Positions 47,543 through 56,474 of a stretch of DNA of 64,000 nucleotides are shown one piece after another. Source of the DNA: Dehalococcoidia bacterium (GTDB lineage Bacteria; Chloroflexota; Dehalococcoidia; Lucifugimonadales; UBA3495); contig CBDBDT010000001.1 of the NCBI GenBank assembly GCA_965203975.1, forward strand, positions 564,466-628,465, written 5' to 3'. Numbering within the stretch: the first letter of the stretch is position 1; each line of letters opens with the position of its first letter. The position numbers were made by a program, and so were the translations under genes. The notes under the pieces were generated by a model, which did not search any database, had not been told where the DNA came from, and worked only from the letters and a program-made list of their open reading frames with translations.

Positions 47543-48124
47543 ATGCCTGGGAGACTGGAGATGGCTATTCTCCTGATACCTCTAGTGATCATAATCACGG
47601 GTGGCGTGGCCGTGTTTCTCGTCCGCTCCAGTGAAGCGGACCAGCCTGAAGTGGGGCTGACAGCCTCAGCCGATCTTGAGTCGCCGTCCGGGGACTTCAT
47701 GGGTACCGTTACGTTCCGGCAAGCAGCGACGGGAGTCCTCATCATGGCCGACCTGAAGGGACTAACGCCGGGCGGCCACTCTTTCATCATTCACGAAACC
47801 GGCACATGTACGCCGGATTTCAGCGCCGCCGGTGATCACTTCAACCCCAGTGATGCGGAACATGGCTTTATCCATCCGGCATGGAAGCGCGGCAAACCGG
47901 GCGGAGGGCACGGTGGAGACCTGCCCAACATCTACGCCGCCTCTGACGGTTCGGCACGCGCCGACTTCTTTACAGTTGGCATCACGCTGGACGCCGGCCC
48001 ACTCCATTCGATATTCGACGGTGACGGCTCCGCCATCATTGTGTATGAAAAGCCGGACGCCTACACAGAAGAAGAGTCGGACACCGGCGGACGCGTAGCC
48101 TGCGGGGTCATCAGGCCGATGTAG
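47543..48124 (+). CDS. Cu/Zn superoxide dismutase-like protein (SodC family) with an N-terminal membrane anchor; two Cu ligands substituted
   Basis: AGDHFNP...EHG...HGGDLPNI...GGRVACGVI are conserved. However, HGFHxHE reads HSFIIHE and the IH of the last Cu ligand reads VY. Confidence 0.8.
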   Translation: MPGRLEMAILLIPLVIIITGGVAVFLVRSSEADQPEVGLTASADLESPSGDFMGTVTFRQAATGVLIMADLKGLTPGGHSFIIHETGTCTPDFSAAGDHFNPSDAEHGFIHPAWKRGKPGGGHGGDLPNIYAASDGSARADFFTVGITLDAGPLHSIFDGDGSAIIVYEKPDAYTEEESDTGGRVACGVIRPM

Positions 48125-48263
48125 GGATTGCGCCTCGCTTAGGCGGCACACCCCTGAGTGAGGCAATTAACGCGCTCCAAACGCCTTCGGATTGAACTCG
48201 GCCGCGCAGGGATCAGGACTCGAGGCTTGGTTGAAGGCGCGTTCCGGGGTGTGCTAGGCTGGG

Positions 48264-49334
48264 TTGCGCATGAGTGAACGAGTTGTGGCCGCGATGAGCG
48301 GCGGAGTTGATTCCTCGGTGGCGGCGCTGCTGCTGCAGCAGCAGGGGTATGACGTCATCGGGGTGACGATGAAGCTGTACAGCCTGGACCACGCCGACCT
48401 GCCGGACTACTATCGGGGATGCTGCACGGTGGACGACGTGGAGGACGCGCGGCGGGTATGCCAGCGGCTGGGCGTCCCGCATTACGTGCTGAACGTGCAG
48501 CAGGAGTTCGAGTCTTTCGTCATCGACTATTTCTGCTCGGAGTACCAGAAGGGTCGGACCCCGCATCCGTGCATCGCGTGCAATGACAAGATCAAGTTCA
48601 ATTTTCTGTCGCACCGGGCGCAGGCGTTGGGTGCGTCCTACGTGGCGACGGGCCATTACGCGCGAATCGAGGGAGATGGAGAGAAGGGCTTCTCGCTGTG
48701 GAAGGGCCTGGATGAATCCAAGGACCAGTCGTATGTGCTGTACGGGATGGGGCAGGAGGAACTGGGGCACACGCTGATGCCGGTGGGGGCGCACTCGAAG
48801 GATGACATTCGTGGGATGGCCCAGGACGCGGGGTTTCCCAACGCGGCCAAGCCGGACAGCCAGGACATCTGCTTCATTCCCTTCGGCGATTACAAGGCGT
48901 TCCTGAAGGAGCGGATTGAGGCAACTCCCGGGGAGATCGTGGATACGGACGGTACGGTGCTGGGTCGGCACGAGGGCATCGAGATGTTCACGGTGGGGCA
49001 GCGTCGAGGGTTGGGCCTGGTAACCGGGGAGCCGCGGTATGTGGTCCGGTTGGAGCCGGAGAGGAACCGGGTGGTTGTCGGGAGTCAGGAGGAGCTGTAC
49101 CGGCGGGAGTTTGCGGTGTCGCGGACCAACTTTGTTTCAGGCAAGGCCCCGGAAGGGCCGGTGCCGGTGTCGGTGAAGATACGGTACAAGTTCCAGGAGG
49201 CTCCGGCGGTACTGGAAGCAACGGGAGACGGGGCTTTGGTGGTCTTCGATGAGCCTCAGCGGGCAATAACGCCGGGACAGGCGGCGGTCTTCTACGAAGG
49301 CGACCGGGTGCTGGGGGGCGGGGTTATTTCCTGA
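48264..49334 (+). CDS. mnmA: tRNA 2-thiouridine(34) synthase MnmA
   Basis: VVAAMSGGVDSSVAA PP-loop and TPHPCIACN motif. Confidence 0.9.
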   Translation: MRMSERVVAAMSGGVDSSVAALLLQQQGYDVIGVTMKLYSLDHADLPDYYRGCCTVDDVEDARRVCQRLGVPHYVLNVQQEFESFVIDYFCSEYQKGRTPHPCIACNDKIKFNFLSHRAQALGASYVATGHYARIEGDGEKGFSLWKGLDESKDQSYVLYGMGQEELGHTLMPVGAHSKDDIRGMAQDAGFPNAAKPDSQDICFIPFGDYKAFLKERIEATPGEIVDTDGTVLGRHEGIEMFTVGQRRGLGLVTGEPRYVVRLEPERNRVVVGSQEELYRREFAVSRTNFVSGKAPEGPVPVSVKIRYKFQEAPAVLEATGDGALVVFDEPQRAITPGQAAVFYEGDRVLGGGVIS

Positions 49335-49391
49335 ATAGACAGCCCACCGTGAAGTATGGAAGACGGGAAACGGGCATGAAGGCGGCGGGTC

Positions 49392-50045
49392 ATGCCGGGG
49401 CTTGAGCTGGAACGGTTGGCGCACCTGCGGGGAAGCACGCTGGTCGCCGGGGTGGATGAGGCGGGGCGCGGCCCGCTGGCGGGGCCGGTGATGGCGGCGG
49501 CGGTGATTCTTCCATCCGAGCTTTCCGGCGCTGAATCGTGGCTGGCGGCGATTGACGACAGCAAGCGGCTTTCTGAAAAGCGGCGGGAGGAAGCGCTGGA
49601 GGTAATCCGGCGGCACGCGCTGGCGGTGGCGGTGGCGCAGCAGGATGCGGACGACATTGACGCCCTGGGAATCCTGCCGGCGACGATCCAGGCGATGACC
49701 AACGCGCTGCACAGCCTGCGGGTGGAGCCGGAGTATGTCCTCTTCGATTACCTTCCGCTGAAGGCATGTCCCTTTCCGCACCAGACGGTGGTGAAGGGGG
49801 ACAGCATCAGCTACTCCATCGCCGCGGCTTCCATCGTGGCCAAGGTGACCCGGGACCGGTGGATGCGGCGGGCGGAACGGCAGTATCCCGGGTACGGGTT
49901 CGCCCAGCACAAAGGGTATCCGACCAGGAAACACATCGAGCGGATGCAGGTGTTGGGACCGTGCTCGATCCACCGGCGGAGCTACCGGCCGGTGAGGGCC
50001 TGCGGCGGTAGCGGAGCATCCGGCGGCGTTGGCAGGAGCGGCTGA
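49392..50045 (+). CDS. rnhB: ribonuclease HII
   Basis: VAGVDEAGRGPLAGPV and DDSKRLS motifs. Confidence 0.9.
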   Translation: MPGLELERLAHLRGSTLVAGVDEAGRGPLAGPVMAAAVILPSELSGAESWLAAIDDSKRLSEKRREEALEVIRRHALAVAVAQQDADDIDALGILPATIQAMTNALHSLRVEPEYVLFDYLPLKACPFPHQTVVKGDSISYSIAAASIVAKVTRDRWMRRAERQYPGYGFAQHKGYPTRKHIERMQVLGPCSIHRRSYRPVRACGGSGASGGVGRSG

Positions 50046-50410
50046 TGCCGCGGAGCCGGGCCGGTCTGGGCAACCGGGGAGAGGAGTTGGCGCGGCGGTT
50101 CCTGGCGGACAAGGGGTATGCCGTACTGGAAGTCAACTATCTCTGCCGGCGGGGCGAGGTGGATATCGTGGCGCGTTCGGGGGATGAGCTGGTGTTCGTG
50201 GAGGTGAGGACGCGCTCCGGGAATGCCTTCGGGTCTCCCGAGGAGTCGATAACGGAGGGGAAGGCGCGGCGCCTGGCGGAGGCGGCGCAGACGTTCCTTC
50301 AAGAACGGGGGATGGAGGAGGCTGCGTGGCGGATTGACCTGGTTGCGGTGCGGGTGGATTCACGAGGGAACGCGGAGATCAGTCACCTGGAGAACGCGGT
50401 GGAGGGGTAG
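50045..50410 (+). CDS. yraN: YraN family (UPF0102) endonuclease-like protein
   Basis: GEELARRFLADKGYAVLEVNY..RGEVDIVA...LVFVEVRTR. The start overlaps the rnhB stop by 1 nt. Confidence 0.85.
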   Translation: MPRSRAGLGNRGEELARRFLADKGYAVLEVNYLCRRGEVDIVARSGDELVFVEVRTRSGNAFGSPEESITEGKARRLAEAAQTFLQERGMEEAAWRIDLVAVRVDSRGNAEISHLENAVEG

Positions 50411-50475
50411 GGGCAGACGGATATCTCCGCAGCGCTGGTCCGGGGCTATCGGTCCCTTGGGATGGACAGGAGTCT

Positions 50476-50502
50476 GGGTCCCTGCCTGCGCAGGCACGAC
50501 GG
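50476..50502 (-). repeat. GC-hairpin REP-like repeat (family B)
   Basis: GGGTCCCTGCCTGCGCAGGCACGACGG. Confidence 0.6.
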
Positions 50503-50741
50503 GGTGGGGATGGAAGCTGGGACTGGCTAGAATCCCAGTCCGGTGATGCGGCAGACGACGATAGAGAGAAGGAGGAGGGTCGCCAACAATATGCCCACTA
50601 TAAGGCAGGTGTTGGCGGCGCAGGAGTTGTTTCTCAAGCCTGACCTCGACTGTGGGAATGGTGGACGGGCCGGAACAATTCTATATCATCCAGGAGTTCC
50701 CGTTCTCCAAAACAACCCTTCCAGCTTGAGGCGGTGATGCA

Positions 50742-51887
50742 ATGACGATTCCAACCAACTCTCCGGGAAGTTCACTACCCGACGCAATTGTGGTGGGCGG
50801 CGGGATTGCCGGGTGCCTGACGGCGCTGCTTCTGGCCCGGTCAGGGATGAAGGTGACGGTGCTGGAGGCGGACTCGGTGGGGAGCCACGCATCTGGGTTT
50901 GCCTTCGGGGGCCTGGGGCCGCTGGACGGCAGCGGCATTCCCAATCCACTTCTGGATTTCAGCGTCTGGTGCTTCAACCGGCACCATTCCATCCACCAAG
51001 AGCTAAAGGAAGAGACGGGGATAGACACGCAATTCCACCTGCGGGACCGGCTCAACCTGGCCTTCACCGGGGACGAGGCCAAAAACCTTCAGGCCGACCT
51101 GGAATGGCAGTCCAAGGTGCCGGGTTTCAAGGTGGAATGGCTGGAAGCGGCCGAGGCGGTGAAGGCGGAGCCGAGGACCAATCCCGACTGCGCGGGAGCG
51201 GCCTGCGCCCAGGGGACGGGTGCGGTGGAGGCCTACCGTTACAACCTGGCGGCGGCCCAGGCGGCGGAGAAACATGGGGCCGTGATGTTGCAGCGCCGGG
51301 TGACCGGGCTGCTGGGGGAGGGCGGCAGGTGCCGGGGAGTCAAGCTGGAGACCGGGGAACTGGAGGCCGGCGTGGTGGTCCTGGCCGGTGGGCCTTGGGT
51401 TGGGGGAATGTCGGAATGGTGCGGGGCGGAGATTCCGATCAGGCCATTGAAGGGGCAGATTATCCGGCTGCAACTGCGGGAAAATCCGATGGTGGCTTCC
51501 CTGAACTACCGGGGCAGCTACGCCGCATCCAAGCCCGACGGCCTGATATGGGCGGGCACCACGGAAGAGGAGGCTGGGTTCGACGAGGAAACGACCGGCG
51601 CGGGACGGGACAAGGTGATGGGCGACCTGTTGATGATGGCCCCCTCGCTGGCTGAGGCGGAACTGGTGCAGCAGACGGCCTGCCTCCGGCCCCTGTCGGC
51701 CGACGGGATGCCGGTGGTGGGGAAGGTTCCAGGGTGGGACAACCTCTACGTTGTGACCGGCGGGGGACGGAAGGGGATTCTGTGGAGCACGGGGATGTGT
51801 ACCGGAGCGGCGGAGTTGATCCTGAAGGGGAAATCCGGGGTGCCCGGGTTGGAGCATCTGGCGGTGGAGAGGTTTGGAGCGAAGTAA
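50742..51887 (+). CDS. FAD-dependent oxidoreductase (DAO/glycine oxidase-like)
   Basis: DAIVVGGGIAGCLTALLLARSG dinucleotide-binding motif; length typical of the DAO family. Confidence 0.8.
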   Translation: MTIPTNSPGSSLPDAIVVGGGIAGCLTALLLARSGMKVTVLEADSVGSHASGFAFGGLGPLDGSGIPNPLLDFSVWCFNRHHSIHQELKEETGIDTQFHLRDRLNLAFTGDEAKNLQADLEWQSKVPGFKVEWLEAAEAVKAEPRTNPDCAGAACAQGTGAVEAYRYNLAAAQAAEKHGAVMLQRRVTGLLGEGGRCRGVKLETGELEAGVVVLAGGPWVGGMSEWCGAEIPIRPLKGQIIRLQLRENPMVASLNYRGSYAASKPDGLIWAGTTEEEAGFDEETTGAGRDKVMGDLLMMAPSLAEAELVQQTACLRPLSADGMPVVGKVPGWDNLYVVTGGGRKGILWSTGMCTGAAELILKGKSGVPGLEHLAVERFGAK

Positions 51888-51925
51888 ATGGGAGGACGTT
51901 GGGGATGTATCCCCCAAACCCCCTT

Positions 51926-52048
51926 AGAAACTTTCTTAAAACCAGCCTTGAATTTTGCGGTGGCCTGCCACGGCCACACTGAACTAACCTGTCACCCCCA
52001 TCCTGACCTTCCCCCTCGACGGGGGAAGGGACTTTTGAGATAGTTTCT
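51926..52048 (+). mobile_element. complete MITE-like element (123 bp) with 16-bp terminal inverted repeats (14/16 match)
   Basis: AGAAACTTTCTTAAAA ... TTTTGAGATAGTTTCT. Carries the internal CCTTCCCCC/GGGGGAAGG hairpin and has no coding capacity. Confidence 0.55.
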
Positions 52049-52051
52049 CAG

Positions 52052-52741
52052 TCATGGGGTGTATTTGCGGGCGACGGGGAGGCCGTTTTCGCGGGTGACC
52101 TTCATGGCGAAGGGGTACTTGCTAATCTGCAATGCCAGCTCCACGTCCTGGGGGTGGTACTGGGGCTGAGTCTCGTCGAAGAACTTGGGGGTGTCGTTGC
52201 CGGTGAGCACGAGGGAGCGGACGGCCTCGGGATCTGGCCGGCGCCCCTGGAGCAGGTTGCGGAGATAGAGGGCGCACTGTTCATCCTCATCGGAGCGGAA
52301 GCGGCCCCGGTCTCCCATGGCGATGATTGAGACGGAGGGCGGGCCGTCGGCAAGGACGGCGTTGACGGTGGCCTGGGCGACGGCCAGCGATCCCAGATAG
52401 ATGGCGGCGGCGTTGGCGGCGGCGGCGACTCCGACGGTGCCGGCGCGGGTGGACTGGACGATGTGCTGCCCGGTAAAGTCCACCTGGGAGACCTCGTAGG
52501 GAGAATTGCCGTAGTCGAACCCGTCGGGACGCTTTCCGTCCACCTCGCCCATGAGGATGTCGCCAATGCCCCGGCTTCGCAGTTCGAGGGCTTCCTCGAC
52601 CTCGGCGACCAGGGTTATGTGGGATGCGCCGTGGTCGAAGGCGATGGCGGCGGTGGTGAAGGCGCGGAATACGTCGATGATGATAGCGGCGCCGGTGGCT
52701 TCCCGGGCGTCCCTGACCAGGCTGCCTACGGTGATTTCCAT
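52052..52741 (-). CDS. 2-phosphosulfolactate phosphatase (ComB) family protein
   Basis: AIIIDVFRAFTTAAIAFDHGA motif. Confidence 0.75.
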   Translation of the reverse strand: MEITVGSLVRDAREATGAAIIIDVFRAFTTAAIAFDHGASHITLVAEVEEALELRSRGIGDILMGEVDGKRPDGFDYGNSPYEVSQVDFTGQHIVQSTRAGTVGVAAAANAAAIYLGSLAVAQATVNAVLADGPPSVSIIAMGDRGRFRSDEDEQCALYLRNLLQGRRPDPEAVRSLVLTGNDTPKFFDETQPQYHPQDVELALQISKYPFAMKVTRENGLPVARKYTP

Positions 52742-52830
52742 GTTCTTCCTTCTCCGGGCGGGGTGCAGCTGCCAGGCTGCGCGAAGCTGCTGAGGCAGCT
52801 CCGGGTAGCCTGGGGTGTCTGGGTCTGGTT

Positions 52831-52954
52831 AGAAACTATCTCAAAACCAAACCTTGAATTTCGGGGTTGCGTGGCGCGACGATACTGCACCAGCCCGTCA
52901 CCCCCATCCTAACCTTCCCCCGTCAAGGGGGAAGGGACTTTTGAGATAGTTTCT
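52831..52954 (+). mobile_element. complete MITE-like element (124 bp) with perfect 16-bp terminal inverted repeats
   Basis: AGAAACTATCTCAAAA (52831-52846) against TTTTGAGATAGTTTCT (52939-52954). The interior is homologous to 51926-52048. Confidence 0.6.
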
Positions 52955-53902
52955 TTAGCCCTTCTTGACGAGCTTCTGGAGGGTGCGGGGGTCGTCGGGC
53001 GGGTTGGAGTAGCTGCGGGTGTGGGTCCAGGAGACCTCGCCAACGTAGATGTCGGCGCGGGAGTCGATGCAGACGCCGTGGGGGGCGACGAACTTGCCGG
53101 TCTCGAATCCCTCGCCCTGGTTGCCCAGGCGGGCGATGACGTTGCCGGAGGTGTCGTAGATGCTGATGCGGGGGCCCAATCCGGTGGCGGCCAGGTTGGC
53201 GCCGATGGCAGCGCCAAGTTCGCCGACGTAGACCAGCCCGGTTTCCTGGTTGATGTAGAGGCCGCAGGGACGGGCCATGTTGGTCCACTGGGTCTCGAAC
53301 TTACCGTTGGAGTCGAAGATCTGGACGCGGTGGTTTTCCCGGTCGGCGACGTAGACCCAGCCGTCCTTGTCGGTGCAGACGTTGTGGGCGATGTTGAACT
53401 CGCCCGGGCCGGTGCCGGACTCGCCCCAGGAAAAGAGATGGTTCCCGTCCGGGGAATACTTGTGGACCCGGGCGTTGCCGTATCCGTCGGTGACGTAGAA
53501 GTCGCCGTTGCGCGGGTCGACGGCGACGTGGGTGCAGCGGTTGAAGGGGTCGCCGCTCATGAAGGGAGCGGGCTGTCCGCTGATGCCCAGGGTGAAGAGA
53601 ACCTTTCCGTCCAGGGTGCACTTGCGGACGGTATGGTCGCCGTCGTCGGTGCAGAACATGGTGTCGTCCGGGTTCATGGTGATGCCGTGGGCCCGGGGGA
53701 ATATGCCCTCACCCCAGGAACGAAGGAAGTTGCCGTTCTTGTCGAAGACAATCATGGGGTGTTCGCCGCGATTGAAGGCGTAGACGTTGTCGTTGGCGTC
53801 AACTCCGACGGCGGCGACTTCCTTGAATTTCCAGCCGTCGGGCAGGTTTCCCCATCCTTCGGCAATCTCGTAGGTGTATTGCTCGGCGCCCAGTTGGACC
53901 AT
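52955..53902 (-). CDS. NHL-repeat six-bladed beta-propeller protein (peptidyl-alpha-hydroxyglycine lyase-like)
   Basis: Repeated ...D..GN.YV.D..NHR... blades, for example WVYVADRENHRVQIFDSNGK. Confidence 0.75.
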   Translation of the reverse strand: MVQLGAEQYTYEIAEGWGNLPDGWKFKEVAAVGVDANDNVYAFNRGEHPMIVFDKNGNFLRSWGEGIFPRAHGITMNPDDTMFCTDDGDHTVRKCTLDGKVLFTLGISGQPAPFMSGDPFNRCTHVAVDPRNGDFYVTDGYGNARVHKYSPDGNHLFSWGESGTGPGEFNIAHNVCTDKDGWVYVADRENHRVQIFDSNGKFETQWTNMARPCGLYINQETGLVYVGELGAAIGANLAATGLGPRISIYDTSGNVIARLGNQGEGFETGKFVAPHGVCIDSRADIYVGEVSWTHTRSYSNPPDDPRTLQKLVKKG

Positions 53903-54060
53903 GACGTCACCTCGCTTGATGTATCAGGGTAGCGGTTGGGAGGAATATAACCCCTGTCGGCGTCTGCTCCGCGTCGCAGGATCCCGGAGGGATTGTATCA
54001 GTAAAGTGGGTTATTGCAATTGGGATGAGTTGAGTCCCCGGCGCTATCGCACTCGCAGGA

Positions 54061-54096
54061 TACCACCATGCAGATGCCGCAACCCGACACCCATAT
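54061..54096 (+). repeat. conserved upstream motif (family D)
   Basis: TACCACCATGCAGATGCCGCAACCCGACACCCATAT, about 145 nt upstream of hemQ. Confidence 0.6.
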
Positions 54097-54239
54097 TTAT
54101 CGTCGGCAATGGTTGAGGTGATTTATGATCACCCTCGGCCGGACCAGGATTTGGCCGGTTGGCGTAGCTAGCAGTCGGTTGGTATGATTTCCCCCGGAAC
54201 CGCCGGTACAGAGCTACTACCGGTGGCAGAGAGGCGAGT

Positions 54240-54938
54240 ATGACGCAGGAAGGGCGACGGGACTTTGTGAAGTACACTTTCTACAAGGTGGCGCCGGAAT
54301 GGCGGGGGTTGACCGAGGAGCGCCGGGAGAGGAGCAAGGCCCAGTTCGCCGAGGTGCTGGAGGAGTTCGCGCCGCGGGTGGATGTTTCCAGCTACAGCCT
54401 GGTGGGCACGCGGGGCGACGCGGACCTGCTGCTCTGGAAGGTGAGCCCGACGGTGGAGGCGGTGAACGAGCTGAGCGCCCGGATCAACCGGACGGAGCTG
54501 GGAAAGTACCTGCGAACTCCCCATTCCTACCTGGCGATGACGCGGCGGTCGGCCTACATCGACCACCACCAGCACGAGGGGCAGGAAGGGACGGGCAACG
54601 CGACGATGCGGATGGTGGGGCGGAAGTACCTGTTTGTGTACCCCTTCGTGAAGACCAACGAGTGGTACCAACTGCCGATGGAAGAGCGGCAGGCGCTGAT
54701 GAACGAGCACTTCGTCATAGGGCACAAGTACCCGCAGGTGAAAATCAGCACGTCCTACTCCTTCGGGCTGGACGACCAGGAGTTCGTGCTGGGGTTCGAG
54801 ACGGACGATCCAGGGGTATTCCTGGACCTGGTGATGGAGCTACGGGAATCGAAGGTGCGCCCCTACACCCTGCGGGACACGCCCATCTTCACCTGCATCA
54901 ACAAGCCGCTGGACGAGTGCCTGGACGACTTGGGGTGA
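54240..54938 (+). CDS. hemQ: coproheme decarboxylase HemQ/ChdC (chlorite dismutase family)
   Basis: KYLFVYPFVKTNEWYQLPMEERQALMNEH and SYSFGLDDQEFVLGFETDD motifs. Confidence 0.85.
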   Translation: MTQEGRRDFVKYTFYKVAPEWRGLTEERRERSKAQFAEVLEEFAPRVDVSSYSLVGTRGDADLLLWKVSPTVEAVNELSARINRTELGKYLRTPHSYLAMTRRSAYIDHHQHEGQEGTGNATMRMVGRKYLFVYPFVKTNEWYQLPMEERQALMNEHFVIGHKYPQVKISTSYSFGLDDQEFVLGFETDDPGVFLDLVMELRESKVRPYTLRDTPIFTCINKPLDECLDDLG

Positions 54939-55037
54939 TGAGCCGGAGGGGACATGACGGCCGGCCGATCAGGGGCAAGAAAAACCCTCGGAGGATGAAC
55001 TCCGAGGGTCTGCTTTTGCGGGGGGAGTTGAGCTGGA

Positions 55038-55307
55038 CTACTTGCGCTGCAAGGTGGAGGGGTCGTTGTCCTTGAAGTAGTCGTAGTTCATGGCGATGTA
55101 ATTGTTCCAAGTCTCGGGCACGGCATCTTCGGCGAAGATGGCGGTTACGGGGCAGACCGGTTCGCAGGCGGCACAGTCGATGCACTCGTCGGGGTTGATA
55201 TAGTACATGTCGTCGGCGTCCCGGGTGTAGATGCAGTCCACCGGGCAGACGTCCACGCAGGCGGCATCCTTAACACCGACGCAAGGCTCGGTAATTATAT
55301 AGGTCAT
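55038..55307 (-). CDS. ferredoxin (FdxA-type, two Fe-S cluster motifs)
   Basis: CVDVCPVDC and CIDCAACEPVCP. Confidence 0.85.
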   Translation of the reverse strand: MTYIITEPCVGVKDAACVDVCPVDCIYTRDADDMYYINPDECIDCAACEPVCPVTAIFAEDAVPETWNNYIAMNYDYFKDNDPSTLQRK

Positions 55308-55543
55308 TCGTAGTTGCTCCTCTGGAATTTTCCTGGTCGCCGCACTTATCCGCTGACCGGCGGAGGCAGGGATATTGGCGACATAATTATAAACTCAGGA
55401 AAATAGCGTTGCAAGAATAGGGGAACGGGTATACGAGGGTTTCAAAGGGCCACAGGGAAGGGGCGGCGGTTCAGAAAAGAGGCCCGGCCGCGCGATGGAT
55501 CGAGCCTGCTGGGCATCCGCCGTGTTGTCCGATTATTGTCCAA

Positions 55544-55984
55544 TTAAAGGACCAGGCCGGAGGTGCGCTTCTTGATGGACAGGTTGACGAAGGTCTCGGT
55601 GCGCTGGACTCCGTCGATAATACCGATCTTGGTGCGAAGGAACTGTCCCAATCCCTCGGCAGACTCCAAGCCAGCCCAGACGAAGACGTCGTAAGCGCCG
55701 GTGGTGACGGCGACGTAGTGGGATTCCTGGAGGGTGGCGATGGCTTCGGCGACGGCGTCAGACTTTCCGGGTCCGGTCTGGAGGCCGATCAGAGCGGTGG
55801 TGGCATATCCCAGCTTTTCGAGGTTGGGAACGGCGACGACGTTGACCACGTCGTCCTGGATAAGGCGGCGGAGACGGCGCCTCACGGTGCCCTCGCTGAC
55901 TCCGACCTCACGGGCGATCTTGGCGTTGGATGCCCGCCCGTCCATTTGCAGCAGGGCAATGATTTTGCGGTCTAGTTCGTCCAT
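55544..55984 (-). CDS. Lrp/AsnC family transcriptional regulator
   Basis: ATG at 55982-55984. MDELDRKIIALLQMDGRASNAKIAREVGVSEGTVRRRLRRL HTH plus a RAM domain. Confidence 0.8.
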   Translation of the reverse strand: MDELDRKIIALLQMDGRASNAKIAREVGVSEGTVRRRLRRLIQDDVVNVVAVPNLEKLGYATTALIGLQTGPGKSDAVAEAIATLQESHYVAVTTGAYDVFVWAGLESAEGLGQFLRTKIGIIDGVQRTETFVNLSIKKRTSGLVL

Positions 55985-56474
55985 TGTTGACGCTCTCCGT
56001 CGTTTTTTTGTCGATTCCCGACTCATAATAGGCAAGCGGGAATTTTCTGTCAACCCGCCGGAAAGAACGGATATTAGCAAAGAATGATTCCGAATCTGGA
56101 TTGTCTGAAATGGTGGGCGCCCCAAGCTGTGACTAAATTCGTCGAATATTATAGATATAGCGGCGCCCGCAACCCAAGCGCGGGCAAGATGGGAGGGCGC
56201 GGACGGTTACGACATTCGCAGGAGCTTAGACCAAAACCACAACGGCGGCCCGGAAACCCGGGCCGCGTCTGCGCTCAGCGTAACCCACTGCGAACAAGGC
56301 GGCTCCATGAGAAAGGGGACGGGAGTTCGGGCAGGGAGTCCGAAAAGGGGGAGATTCGGGTGAGGCCGACTGAAACCGCGTCCCCGCTTGCACGGGGAAC
56401 CGGGCCCGGGCTCTCCCGCTTTCCGAAGATACTTGGGGCTCTGAAGGCGGCTGCCGGGAGCGGGAGCCGGCACG

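Noticed and set aside
49137-49973. 278-aa minus-strand ORF
   Set aside because: It is antisense to mnmA and rnhB and is R/P-rich.
55544-55984. Lrp/AsnC-like gene near hemQ as a possible AhbA/B siroheme decarboxylase subunit
   Set aside because: The sequence has the ordinary Lrp HTH (RASNAKIAREVGVSEGTVRRRLRRL). The window carries HemQ and HemW, markers of the coproporphyrin-dependent route, so there is no support for the alternative heme pathway.
55985-56474. 490-bp gap upstream of the Lrp/AsnC gene, scanned for tmRNA, RNase P, SRP and 6S signatures, and for UGA read-through of the 56475-56777 ORF
   Set aside because: No conserved ncRNA motifs were recognised. The in-frame continuation after the TGA translates to low-complexity R/P/S/G sequence with no SECIS-like hairpin at the right distance.
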